Below, piece by piece: positions 25,777 to 38,279 of a stretch of DNA of 64,000 nucleotides. Location of the stretch: positions 142,786,001 through 142,850,000 of the forward strand of contig NC_042998.1 of NCBI RefSeq assembly GCF_006345805.1, read 5' to 3'. The position numbers were made by a program, and so were the translations under genes. Position 1 is the stretch's first letter. Every line of letters begins with the position of its first letter. The DNA comes from Octopus sinensis. Its lineage: Eukaryota. The notes beneath the pieces are model-generated. The model had not been told where the DNA came from. It saw only the letters and a list, made by a program, of their open reading frames with translations, and did not search any database.

Positions 25777-25988
25777 CTGGTCGGGAAGGTAAAAAGTTAA
25801 AAACCGAAAGACAAACAATAATAGAAAGAGCGAGCGAGCTAGTGGTAGTAGTTGTAATAACAACAGCAGCCAGCTAACGAAGTTCACCTACAGGATGAGA
25901 TAAGAGTATCAACCACAACCGCCACCACCAACTGATGTAAGCAGCGCGCGGACGTAGCAGAAAACACACAACATTGCTTAGCGCTCAC
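25777..25988 (-). other. Candidate 212-nt 5'-UTR intron of H1
   Basis: Donor AAG|GTGAGC at 25988; TTTTAAC branch-like site, pyrimidine tract and CCAG| acceptor ending 25777, 21 nt before the ATG; a second possible acceptor CCTGTAG| ends at 25888. Confidence 0.55.
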
Positions 25989-26017
25989 CTTAGAAATGTA
26001 GCCTGCTGTACAACTAG

Positions 26018-26024
26018 TGTGTTT
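26018..26024 (-). promoter_or_regulatory. Candidate H1 AC box (AAACACA)
   Basis: AAACACA on the sense strand about 30 nt upstream of the candidate donor; inverted copies near 25962 and 26362. Short motif, may be chance. Confidence 0.35.
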
Positions 26025-26380
26025 ATTAACCAACTTCATCAGTTGGTTGGAAATAATTGAACTAATTAAAAATTTTTATTTAGTGATAATCATCATCTGC
26101 AGACATTAAACTTTCTTTCTAAGTAATTTTTATCCACATTCCAGCTATTTATGCAGGTTTATTTTAAAATTTAGTCAGCTCCACTCACACTGTAAAACTC
26201 GGCTAGCATACTTCTAATTTTTATATTTCAAAAACTAATGTATGTATTTTAACAAAATTTGTACAGATAATAGTTTATAGATACAAAATTAATTATATGG
26301 TTCTAAACTAGATTTTGGCTGCACAATCTCTCTGTAAAGTTGAGATGAAGAAAGATACGAGAAACACAACTGCTCCGACT

Positions 26381-26391
26381 GCCGCCATTTT
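26381..26391 (-). promoter_or_regulatory. YY1-type motif AAAATGGCGGC
   Basis: GCCGCCATTTT on the plus strand, a motif commonly found near animal transcription starts. Confidence 0.45.
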
Positions 26392-27238
26392 CCCTCGAAT
26401 TAGAATGTCAACATTTGCAATAAAGCTTTGAAATAATAGAAATATATATATTTCCCAATATATTTAATAACTCCGATTTACCATAAAATCACTATCAAGT
26501 ACATTTCTAGCATTCATTTATCCTGCAAACTCGGCTAACAACCTACAGAAGTAAGTTCAATCTATGATAACTACTGGTGAGTGTTGTGCGCAAGGAGAAA
26601 TAGAAAGCAGTTCCAACTCACAAAATTATAACATTATTTTACTTAATATCCTTCGTTAACGTACAAAGATTTATTATATTAATATATTTTCAGTTATAAT
26701 ATAAACCTATGAAGATAATGTACTATATCTTATGATGGTTTACATAAAATATAGCAGTTTTTCTATTAAAGAATGGTTACAAACAAGGTACATAAGATCT
26801 TCCTAATATACCATGGTTTTTCTTTATATTTATTTCTGCATCTAAAACTGAGAAAACGATACAGGTTCAGAGTATAAGAAATTAAGTGATTGATTCTTCA
26901 TTTTCATTAATTTGGCTTGTATTGATAAAGAACAAAAAATTAAATGTCTGTTATTTCTTTTAGAAAATCTTTTCAATTATTTTCTCTTTGCGGGAGAAAA
27001 TTAACCGAGGAGGAAGAGCAAAGGAACTTTACAATTAAATGAAACCTGAAAGGCCCGTAAATAAGCAATTCATTACAACTAATGAAATAATGTTTATAAT
27101 CAACAAAGTTTTTAACTTTCTTGTAAACTTCATAGATGAGATTAAAAACAAGAAGTAATTCAGACAATCGAATCTATACACACATACACAAACACACACA
27201 TACATACAAATATATAATCGTGCATGTATGTATGCTAG

Positions 27239-27313
<75 letters not shown>

Positions 27314-27324
27314 CATATATATAT

Positions 27325-27544
27325 ACTCTTTTACTCTTTTACCCTTTTACTTGTTTCAGTCATTTGACTGCGGCTATGCTGGAGCACCGCCTTTAGTCGA
27401 GCGACTCGACCCCGGGACTTATTTTTTTGTAAGCCCAGTACTTATTCTATCGGTCTCTTTTTGCCGAACCGCTAAGTGACGGGGACGTAACCACACCAGC
27501 ATCGGTTGTCAAGCAATGCTAGGGGAACAAACACAGACACACAT

Positions 27545-27575
<31 letters not shown>

Positions 27576-27742
27576 CATATATACGACAGACTTCTTTCAG
27601 TTTCCGTCTACCAAATCCACTCACAAGGCATTGGTCGGCCCGGGGCTATAGCATAAGACACTTGCCCAAGATGCCACGCAGTGGGACTGAACCCGGAACC
27701 ATGTGGTTGGTAAACAAGCTACTTACCACACAGCCACTCCTA
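27325..27742 (-). mobile_element. SINE family S4, near-complete copy
   Basis: tRNA-like head AGGAGTGGCTGTGTGGTAAG...GGTTCAGTCCC, CORE-like CTTGGGCAAGTGTCTT, internal (CA/TA)n, tail ending in AAAGAGT repeats. Confidence 0.9.
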
Positions 27743-27781
27743 TATACACATACATACGAAAATATGTGTGCATGTATGTAT

Positions 27782-28119
<338 letters not shown>

Positions 28120-28685
28120 ATATATATATATATATAGATAGATAGATAGATAGATAGTTGGAGAGAAAAACGAATACATACATACATACATTCATACATA
28201 CATAGATACATACATACATAGATATAACGAAACTTCAGTCGAGCTTATTATGTGCGTGTGTGTATGTATATATGGGTGTATGTACCCCAAAATGCACAAG
28301 GTTGACGATACGATGCACATGCACAGTTACACATGCACCCATGCACACACAAACGCACACGCGCGTGCATGTTATATAAGATTTTAGTATTAATACACAG
28401 ATAGCCGAATGGCAAGGCTGGTGAAGCGCTGAACAAAATACCTTGCGGTATTAGCTTATAGCTCCTAATATTACAGGTTCAAATCCATCCAGGATGACAT
28501 TGCTTTTTATCTTTCCAAGGGCGATAAAATAAGTCAAATACTGACATAGAAGTAGTTGCCTTATGTACTCGAAGTTCTGGGAATCAAAGCACTTAAAGAT
28601 TGAAAGAACATGAGTGCATTTAATCAAAGGCAGCCGTTCATTTGTATACACAGATTAGTGTGTGTATAAGATAAGCGGGTGTATG

Positions 28686-28735
<50 letters not shown>

Positions 28736-28744
28736 TATATGGAA

Positions 28745-28866
28745 TGACTGACGCGAGTAGCATTAATTTTTTAGGTCGACTAATGTTTCTAAAACGATCA
28801 GTGGGTCGATTGAGTATACCTATCAATAACGAACCTATGTTGACTACTGGAAACAGGTGTAAGTCA
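28745..28866 (+). ncRNA. Degenerate hammerhead in a short insert between two (TA)n tracts
   Basis: TGACT/AGTCA stem I, AGTAG/CTACT stem II, GAAA-CAGGTG-TA; core eroded (CTGACGC). Confidence 0.5.
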
Positions 28867-28918
28867 AACTGACCACAATTAAAAACATGTATTGACCATT
28901 ATTCATGTTTTGTCTCTT

Positions 28919-29026
<108 letters not shown>

Positions 29027-29075
29027 GTATGTATGCATGCATGTATGTATATAATATATATATATATATATATAT

Positions 29076-29776
29076 ATGACATCGTGCCAGCCAAAATTTC
29101 GAACTCACTGTCAACCTCTTCCTAGTAATGTTTAATAAATATGTGTACTTGTCTGAAATGTAAAGTAAGTAGGCCTGCAGTATGATATTAAATTATTTTT
29201 GTATACAAATTCGCATAAAAACAAATTATAAATATGTATGTACGTACGTACGTATGTATGTATGTACGTACGTATGTATGTATGTATGTACGTACGTACG
29301 TACGTATGTACGTATGTATGTATGTATGTGTGTATGTATGTATGTATGTATGTGTGTATTTGTACGTATGAATGTGTGTATGTATATACGTGCGTATGTA
29401 CGATTGAATGTATGTATGTCGGTGTATGCGGGGGTGCTCTTTCACTGATTTCAACCGTTATAGACTGCCATTCTATGAAGAAACTCCTTTGAAGGGTTTC
29501 GTTCATGTCGATCCTTTTATTTATTTATTGATTTTACAAATCACCTTGAAGTGAAGGTAAAAATTGACGAGAGTGGGATTTGAACTCACCGAGAAGGGTT
29601 ATAATCAAACAACACAACTTATTTAGTTCTACGTTCTACCAATTCGCCTCTCTCACACTTTCTCTCTCTCTTTCTCTTTCTGTATATGTGTATAGGTATG
29701 TGTGTGTATTAATGTTTGTGTCTATGTCAACACACACTCACACACTCACACACACAGACACACACACACACACACA

Positions 29777-29814
<38 letters not shown>

Positions 29815-30160
29815 ACACACCACACACACACACACACACACTGGTAAGCATGTATATTTCGTTTTGGGATTGATTTGCAAGATTCTTTATGTGAACTCGT
29901 GTATTGAAGCATATTTTGTTTTGTCTCGGGAGAGTCAATCTCTTTTAGTGCCTTATTATTTAACACACTCACCAGTAAAGTTTCCACTCATATAAATATA
30001 TATAAATGACATCGTGCCAGCCAAAATTTCGAACTCACTGTCAACCTCTTCCTAGTAATGTTTAATAAATATGTGTACTTGTCTGAAACGGAAAGTAAGT
30101 AGGCCTGAAGTATGATATTAAATTATTTTTGTATAAAAGTTCGCATAAAAACAAATTATA
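29076..30160. repeat. 155-bp direct repeat pair (29076-29230 and 30006-30160)
   Basis: ATGACATCGTGCCAGCCAAAATTTCGAAC...CATAAAAACAAATTATA present twice with few substitutions; second copy bracketed by a 53-bp inverted repeat (29939-29991, 30203-30255). Confidence 0.9.
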
Positions 30161-30324
30161 TGTCTGCCTATAACGAAAATTTTAGGAAAAATAAATTAGT
30201 AAATGAGTGGAAACTATACTGGTGAGTGTGTTAAATAATAAGACACTAAAAGAGAATGGTTCTTCCCAGACACAACAATATATATATATCGCCATTATAA
30301 AGAGTATTCGACCATGTATATATA

Positions 30325-30690
30325 CTAGCACTATGACCCGGCAACGCCGGGTCATATTGCTAGTGCATGCATATACAACTGCTTGCGTGCGCACATATAC
30401 GCGAGTACTGTCCAAATCTCCGACCAATCACATACAGCTAGCTGGCATTCAATTGGCGTATCAAGTTTCGGGCATTTTGATTGGGTTTTGGATAGAAAAT
30501 TCACAAAAAAGTCACTTCTATTGATTTTTTAATGGCTTTGCGGGGTGACTGGGGAAATGTAAAGACGTGCACGACCACCCTTGGCCGGTTTTGAATGACC
30601 ATAGAAACTGCGAGCCCTCTAACTGAAAAATTGCGGATTTATATAAAGGATACACACACAGACAGACATTTTACCGTTTATATATATACA
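30325..30690 (-). mobile_element. Non-autonomous Helitron
   Basis: Minus-strand 3' end CTAG|T at 30328-30325 within hairpin ACTAGCA-C-TATGACCCGGC-AAC-GCCGGGTCATA-T-TGCTAGT; 5' end similar to 4981 but TG rather than TC. Confidence 0.8.
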
Positions 30691-30694
30691 TGCA

Positions 30695-31170
30695 TATGTG
30701 GGTACAGGATGTCACCAACGGCGCAAATAACATGAAATACGTAAACAAACGAGTTAAATACATAAACAACGAGAGAAAAAATGGAAAACAGGACAAGTAA
30801 ACACAGAGAAAGGATCTTTCATCAGTTGTCGGCTGTCTATCTAATCCTCATTTGGAGCATTCAACGAACGACAATATGAGTTTTCAAAGACAGTTGCTCC
30901 CATAAATTCTAAAATAAAATGTAGGATTTATGGGGGGTCAAAGTTGGGAATAAAAACAACACAGTGGAAATATACAAAGAAACCGAACGAAACAAATATG
31001 GAGGGTCGTTGGACCAGAACGAGATAAAAATAGTGAACGCTGGGAAAAATGTTTTTTTTAAGAGAAAAGATAGAAGAGAGAGAGAAAAAAAACACATCTG
31101 TTCTTTTGAACAACTATGCAGGAAAAGAAAGATGGACGATGGTTACGTGTGAGTAACGAGAGAGAGAAAG
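30695..31170 (-). mobile_element. PLE-end-like repeat (related pieces at about 31990-32230, 34305-34360, 57623-58195)
   Basis: Shared GGTACAGGAYGTCACCAACGG..AAATAACATGAAATACG and TTCATCAGTTGTCGGCTG blocks; CTGATGA on the minus strand but no complete HHR recovered. Confidence 0.55.
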
Positions 31171-31359
31171 AGGGGGAAAAGAAAGAGGAAGAGAAAGAAA
31201 CAGATAGAAAGCGGTGAAGGAGGAAGGGAGAGAAAGAGGGAACTAGAAAAGGATGCCTGAAGAAAACAGTATAGAGTCGCGTCAAAAATGTGAAGATAAG
31301 CTTACTTGGAAATGGATGCGTTGCGTTCAATTAAATAATAAATCAGTTATATATATATA

Positions 31360-31460
<101 letters not shown>

Positions 31461-31615
31461 CTGTAAATTTGCAAAGATTTGAAAGTAGTACTTTCATATG
31501 TTCGCAAATTTACGCCTGCAAACTCCCAGTAAAATATGTGAATCAACATTAGAGATATTTTTTGGAAACCTCCAAATTAAGAGACGAATCCACATTCAAC
31601 CTTTATGCACCTAGG

Positions 31616-31670
<55 letters not shown>

Positions 31671-31679
31671 ATGTGCATA

Positions 31680-31888
31680 AAGTCGAAGTTAGTTCTATCC
31701 TGGACCGCTTCTTTCAGATTGGCTATGTCCATTCCGGTATCCCTCTCGATGGTGTCAAGCCAGCGGGTTCTTGGTCGGCCTCTTCCTCTCTTGCCACTGA
31801 CCATTCCGAGCATGATGTCCTTCTCCAGGGATTTTCTCCGCATAATATGACCGAAATATGCCAATCTATGCTTGGTGATCCTAGCTTC
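31680..31888 (-). mobile_element. RTE-clade LINE 3' end
   Basis: EARITKHRLAYFGHIMRRKSLEKDIMLGMVSGKRGRGRPRTRWLDTIERDTG. Confidence 0.9.
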
Positions 31889-32255
31889 TATATATATATA
31901 TATGTAGGTGAATTCATATATACATATGCAATTATCATATATATATATGCATATATACATATATGTGCATACATATATATGTATATACATATGCAAATAT
32001 GGGCACAGGACACCACAGAACACTAAACAACATGAATTACAAAAACAACATGAAATACTAAATAAGAAAGCATGTAATACGAGCTGTTTTTGCGAACAAC
32101 GAAACAAAGAAATGGAAAACAAGACAAGCAACATAACAAAATAACCTTTCATCAGTTGTCGGCTGTTTTTCTACTTCGTATTTGGAGCAATTCACGACAA
32201 GATACGTTTTCGACAAATTGATTGAACGCTACACATCCATTTCTAAGTATGTATG

Positions 32256-32304
<49 letters not shown>

Positions 32305-32308
<4 letters not shown>

Positions 32309-32974
32309 ACGAACCTGCCGTCGCTCAACTCGAACCCGGGACCCTACTAAGTCGAGCGACGACGATTGACCAGGCTCAGTCGAACGGAATCCGCCACAGA
32401 GAGAACGGTGGTGGAGATGGCAGCGAACTCGAACCGGCGACCGGAGATAACAACAACAACAACAGGAAGAGAGAGAGAGAGAGACACGACGGAAGGCAAT
32501 TGCTTACAATTAACAACAGTTTATACAATTATTACAACATCAAATAAAATGTGATACATAGCAGACACATTAAAGAAAATAACATGCAACAGAATTAAAA
32601 AGAAAAACAACAAAGGCATGCACGATACAGAACGTCCGAAAACAATCGAAACAAATAAGGTTCCACGCAATACAGTTCGAAACACTTCAACATTAAAGTC
32701 TTTCTCTTTCTTTCTCTTTCTTTAACACAATTCACAATGTTCTTTTCCCTTCTTTTTTCCCTCTTTTCCTTCTCTTTTTTTGACACAATTCTTTTTCTTT
32801 TTTAGTTCTTTACAACAGATTACAATTTACGTCACAATTCTTTTTTTTCAGTTCTTTTCCTTCAACGCACATCAACACCAAAATTCAACAACAAAAGACA
32901 TCAACAAAACTTTACCTCTGTGTATGTCTTTCTCGCCACACCTGTCATCCCTGTCGTAGCCTCTCCCGACTACA
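32305..32974. mobile_element. Possible solo-LTR-like segment
   Basis: Begins TGT right after (TA)n and ends ACA; GC-rich 5' part and AATAAA at about 32543; no TSD, PBS or PPT recognised. Confidence 0.3.
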
Positions 32975-33230
32975 CCTGCTGCCAACTCACTGTCTCAGGT
33001 AGAACTGACCAACAAACTCACAGCACGCCGCATTTTAAAGGGTGGTTTCTTAAACTTTGCTTGACCGGAAAAGGGTCAGAGGTATTTTCCAAACTCATTA
33101 ATTTCTCTAGAAATTGACAGGACAAAGGCTTTATCCGTCTGCCTGGCCCCAACCACGAAACCAGGCCACAAGCACTTTCTCCGAATGACCCCGTATCAAT
33201 ATACATATGCATATACATATACATATACAT

Positions 33231-33295
<65 letters not shown>

Positions 33296-33298
33296 CAT

Positions 33299-33329
<31 letters not shown>

Positions 33330-33344
33330 ATATATATATATATA

Positions 33345-33510
33345 GTAGGAATTTACAAAAAAAAAACAAAAGACGAAGACTGGTGTGTAAACAACAAACA
33401 GGTGTATCGGTTTAACACTCAGGAAGGTGAGAAAGTCTTTTACGTTTCGAGTCTACCCACTTCAACAGAAAGGAACGCGAGAAAATAAACAAAGAGGGAA
33501 TAAAAACAGA
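33345..33510 (-). mobile_element. Family B PLE end with eroded HHR (33437-33472)
   Basis: CTTT-CTGTTGA-A-GTGGGTAGACTC-GAAA-CG-TA-AAAG; tail homologous to 7227-7400, 55498-55686, 56966-57230. Confidence 0.8.
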
Positions 33511-33529
33511 GAGAATATACATATATATA

Positions 33530-34215
33530 CAGGGTGATTGAAAACTCCCTATTTTAAAATACTTATAATTTATTTATTAACTATAATTTTTAGAAAAAAC
33601 GAATATCTGAAGAAAGTGTATAGCATGGAATTTAAAATTTGATATAGGCATCAGCATTCACCACTCACCTTCTCAAACCACCTGATTTCATCAGGAAGTC
33701 TTGTGAAATGAAAGACATAACTTCTCGTATTCACCCTTCAAGTTCTTCCAAAGTCATTGGTTTGGTAGAGAAGACTTCCTCCTTTAACCAACCCCAAAGA
33801 AAACAGCCGCAGGGTGTTAAATCAGGGCTTCTGGCCAGCCAGTCATGCGGACCTTGATGAATTGGAAGGACGACCACTTCAAGTATCAGCTACAAATCCT
33901 GTAGTTATGAATTTTGCATAGCAATTCTTGATTATCTTTTTGCATCAACTTGAGCATGTCTTCCTCTAATGGTCCTCCACCATCTTTGCACTTGAACAAC
34001 TGATCTCGTAATGTGCAGCTAGCTGGGCACGCTCCTACACAGTAAAACATCCAGCCATGTTTCTAGGGCTTTTAAATTTCGAACAAAATAATCCAGCTGA
34101 AAAATAATAACATGGAATCAATTCCCATACATTAAAGAGAATTTGAGAAAAAAATTATAGTTAATAAATAAATTATAACCATTTTAAAATAAGGAGTTAC
34201 TTTCCAATCACCCTG
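33530..34215 (-). mobile_element. Internally deleted Tc1/mariner element
   Basis: TA flanks, imperfect TIRs CAGGGTGATTG.AAA..ACTCC..ATTTTAAAAT; minus strand DWLARSPDLTPCGCFLWGWLKEEVFS (the WPARSPDL/third-Asp region). Confidence 0.88.
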
Positions 34216-34219
34216 TATG

Positions 34220-34298
<79 letters not shown>

Positions 34299-34583
34299 GC
34301 ATGCATCTATGGGTACAGGACGTCACCAACGGTACAAATAACATGAAATACGTAAACATCGAGAATATGTATGTATGTATATATGTATGTATGTATGTAT
34401 GTATATGTAAGATTCAGGGATCGAGGTGTAGGAAAAAAGTTAGCTTCGAGCAATCTGTAGTGAATATAAAAAGAACAACTTTCAAGAACAATAGTAGTTT
34501 ATTGAGACGGAAGGTTGCTGAAAAAAAGCTCTTTTTATATTCCTCGGTAGGCAACCAGGGTTGCCGAGAGTGCGAAAAAGAAT

Positions 34584-34929
34584 ACAAGAGTTATGGAATG
34601 GAGTATGAGAATTCCGGGCTACATACGTTTCATAGCGAGTGGAATCTCTGAAGTGGTAAAACCCAAGTGAGGTGTATACCGCCGGCTAATCTTCAGGCCA
34701 AGGATATCTGAATTAGATCAAAGGCTACATTGTCGCAAGGAAGTACATGTTCACGCAAATAATTGCGTCACCATGTACCTACTTGCGACAAGGTAGCCTT
34801 TAATCTAATCCTTGGCCTGAAGAGTAACCGGCGGTATACATCTCACTTGGATTTTACCACTTCTGATGTTTCACTCGCTATGAAACATATGTAACCCAGA
34901 TTTCCCATACTCTATTCTGTAACTCTTGT
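34584..34929. mobile_element. Older fold-back with about 170-bp diverged arms, one HHR per arm (34617-34699 minus, 34814-34896 plus)
   Basis: Minus: GGC-CTGAAGA-TTAGC...GCTAT-GAAA-CGTATG-TA-GCC; plus: GGC-CTGAAGA-GTAAC...GCTAT-GAAA-CATATG-TA-ACC. Confidence 0.85.
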
Positions 34930-35285
34930 GTGTGTGTATATATATATATACATAAAGCATAGTTTTACCTATAATGACCACAATTTGGTAATAGGTAGGT
35001 ATAGTCATATATATAAAAGAGAATATGTGAGGATTCGGAGATTGAATTCTGGGCGTAATTTTAGCGATTAACGACATGTTGAGACGATATATACGGTCAC
35101 TTATGATAAATTTGTAATAACTTATCTCTCATATATATCATTTTAGATAATATCCCCGTAATGTTATAGAAGGTTTTTAAAATAAATTTGTAATAATTTA
35201 TCACTCATATGTATTATATTAAAATAATATCCCCTTAGCATGTCACTGTAGCCTTCAATTCATATATATATATATATATATATAT

Positions 35286-35559
35286 AACATTATTGGTGAA
35301 TTGAAGAAATGGAGCTGAACGCAGATTGAACAGAAATCGTTTTATTTCATTCTACACGTGTTTCGAAAGGCACAAATTACCAAAATCCGATTGAATAATG
35401 GGACCATATTGTGTCTTTCTCTTCAGGAAGACACAATATGGTCCCATTATTCAATCGGATTTTGGTAATTTGTGCCTTTCGAAACACGTGTAGAATGAAA
35501 TAAAACGATTTCTGTTCAATCTGCGTTCAGCTCCATTTCTTCAATTCACCAATAATGTT
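35286..35559. mobile_element. Perfect fold-back, 132-bp arms, 10-nt loop
   Basis: 35286-35417 is the exact reverse complement of 35428-35559 by eye; left end abuts (TA)n. Confidence 0.95.
35350..35429 (-). ncRNA. Complete canonical type I hammerhead
   Basis: TTC-CTGAAGA-GAAAG ACACAA...TTGTG C CTTTC-GAAA-CACGTG-TA-GAA; predicted cleavage 3' of the A at 35353. Confidence 0.9.
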
Positions 35560-35789
35560 TTAATTTCAATTATCCGCACCAACGCACGGTTGCAACACCA
35601 TATGGTTGTACCTCCAACCGTGCTGTTTACTGCTGTGATTTTTGCTACTAAGGTATCGGTTAAACTTTTGATTAATCTACTACAAGATTATTCATCTTTC
35701 TATTTCAAATTATATATATATATAATGAATTGTATATGTATATATGAATTCACCTACATTTTGTTTTGTTTTTGTTTTATTTATATATA

Positions 35790-35822
<33 letters not shown>

Positions 35823-36163
35823 ATATATATATAATATATATATATATATGCCTAATTTGTTTTATTTTATCGGTTATCAATTAACCAACCATAACTAAGT
35901 TAAGGCCTTTCAAAACAATAGATGACCAATTAGATCACGTATATAACCCCTCTCCACTTCCCGCAGGATTTCAACTATTCCATAAAGAAAAAAAAAATAA
36001 CGGAGAAATAAACATATCACATGTTTATATGAAAATATATATAAGTTTGTGTATCATTGTTATAATTATATATAATTATAATGATACGAACTACTGCATT
36101 AATCGTCCCTTCTAAACACATCTAATACGTATGTACCTATGAGTATGTTTGTACGGAAATATA

Positions 36164-36247
<84 letters not shown>

Positions 36248-36406
36248 GTTTCGTGTATATACAGATTCATTCTTACATAACTAAAATAACTTTAAGATAT
36301 ATTTATTTTATATATTACAATATTACTCCTCTTATAACTTTCTCATACCTCTGTTTATATTTTATCTAATATGAATAATATAAGGCATCTAATAATAATG
36401 ATGATG

Positions 36407-36480
<74 letters not shown>

Positions 36481-36633
36481 GTTGATTCATTTGTATGCAT
36501 ATAATGTAAATATGCATGTACATTTAAGTGTAGGTATATGTATTTATGTATATTTATGTATATGTATGCATACGTATGTATATGTAAAAGTATGTATTTA
36601 TGTTTATAACTTAACCTTATGTACTTTCTAAAA

Positions 36634-36755
36634 TCTCGGATGAAGCCTGGGGAAACACCCAAGTACCTCAATTTCATCTACAAATTAATTCAGTCCACTG
36701 AAGAGATAAATGTAGAATGAGGTATTTTTGCTTCTTGGCTGAAACAGCTGTAAGA
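36634..36755 (+). ncRNA. Hammerhead with long branched stem II, core U4G
   Basis: TCT-CGGATGA-AGCC...GGCT-GAAA-CAGCTG-TA-AGA; the stem II insert contains a TACCTCA...TTCAG/CTGAA...TGAGGTA inverted repeat. Confidence 0.7.
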
Positions 36756-36979
36756 CATCCCAATTTCTATTGCTATATGTTATATATTTTAATAATTACT
36801 GATATTTTTATATTTTATGTATTATATATGTAAAGCATAATATGTTTTACATGTATGTATATTGTTATAATTGTCCTTTTAGTAAATAAATAAATGAATT
36901 GACACTATATGATGTCTAAAAGCTGATGAATACCACCTATTGATACCCTCCATTTTCTTAATGTTCTTTTTCTCTCTCA

Positions 36980-37057
<78 letters not shown>

Positions 37058-38060
37058 TATCTATATATATATCTTCCGTTATCGGTAGGATGAAGAAAAA
37101 AGTACTCTATCTAGATAGAGAGAAATATCATTTAATATGTAAAACAAATGACAAAAGAGCTACTAATAGTTTCATGCTGAAGAGGTACAATAATTTGGCA
37201 GACTTATGTAATATGTCATGTACCTCCAAGCTATCTTTCTGGCTCACTGAATAGAATTAGGTGTATTTAAAAATCAGGACGCTAGTCTATGAGAAAACAT
37301 GAGAAAACCGAAATGAAAAGCGCGAAGACCGTTATGCAAAAAGTGGAACGAAAAGCAGGAAAAGAAAAGTAAGAAAAAGAAAGATCTTCGTGGCTTTTAT
37401 TTGTAGAAATCATAATTAATCTAGCTGGTGTAGTATAATATAAAAGAGAGGAGGTCAAAGTCTATGAGATAGCTACTCAATCCGGAGCGGGTGTTTTCGT
37501 CCACTTCGACAAAAGAAACTTGTCATGTGATTACATATGCAAAAAATTTCGGATCTGGATTTAAGTAGTGTGGTGGAATTCTTGGAAATAAAAAGAATGT
37601 GTGATCTTTGAACCACGCATAACTTACATCTCTTTTATCTATTTATATATGTCGTAGATTTCTCCATTTAATTGTATGTGGTGTACTGTTGGTCTTCAGA
37701 TTCCATACGTGGCTAGTCAACTTGGTTTTATTTTAATCAATGTGTCGGAAGGAAGACTGGTGCTTTCCCTAATGCCTTTTAAAGTTGCCTTCACGTAAAC
37801 CGACGTAATTTTTCTTCTCAATTATGTTGTCTTGGAGAACTGCTATAACTGCGGCTTCATAGAGAACTGCGTTTATCAAACATGCCTGATCAAGAAAACA
37901 AACTTCGGAGTCTCGGCAGTCACAACGGGGAATGGGCTCTTGATGTGACTTGCGATAATAATGTCCTTCATATTGGGGTAGCAGCTATACGAAATATTTA
38001 TCGAGCGTCTAGTAAAAATCTTCCTGTATTTGTGATTTACTGAGAAATGCTTATTTAATA

Positions 38061-38275
38061 ATCCTTTCTACCCTAAGCACAAGGCCTGAAATTGTGGGAG
38101 AGGAGATTAGTCGACGCCAGTGTGTAACTGGTACTTAATTTATCAACCCCGAAAGGATGAAAGGCAAAGTCGACCTCGGCGGAATTCGAACTCAGGACGT
38201 AGCGACGGGCGAAATACTGATAAGCATTTCGTCCAGTGTGCTAACGATTCTGCCAGCTCGCCGTCTTATGCTTAT
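38061..38275 (-). mobile_element. S1 SINE
   Basis: Reverse complement of the 44391-44603 type. Confidence 0.88.
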
Positions 38276-38279
38276 TTAA

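Noticed and set aside
37260-38030. Apparently unique 0.8-kb segment (also 19560-20040 and 51420-51670)
   Set aside because: No open frame or motif I can support; probably decayed transposon.
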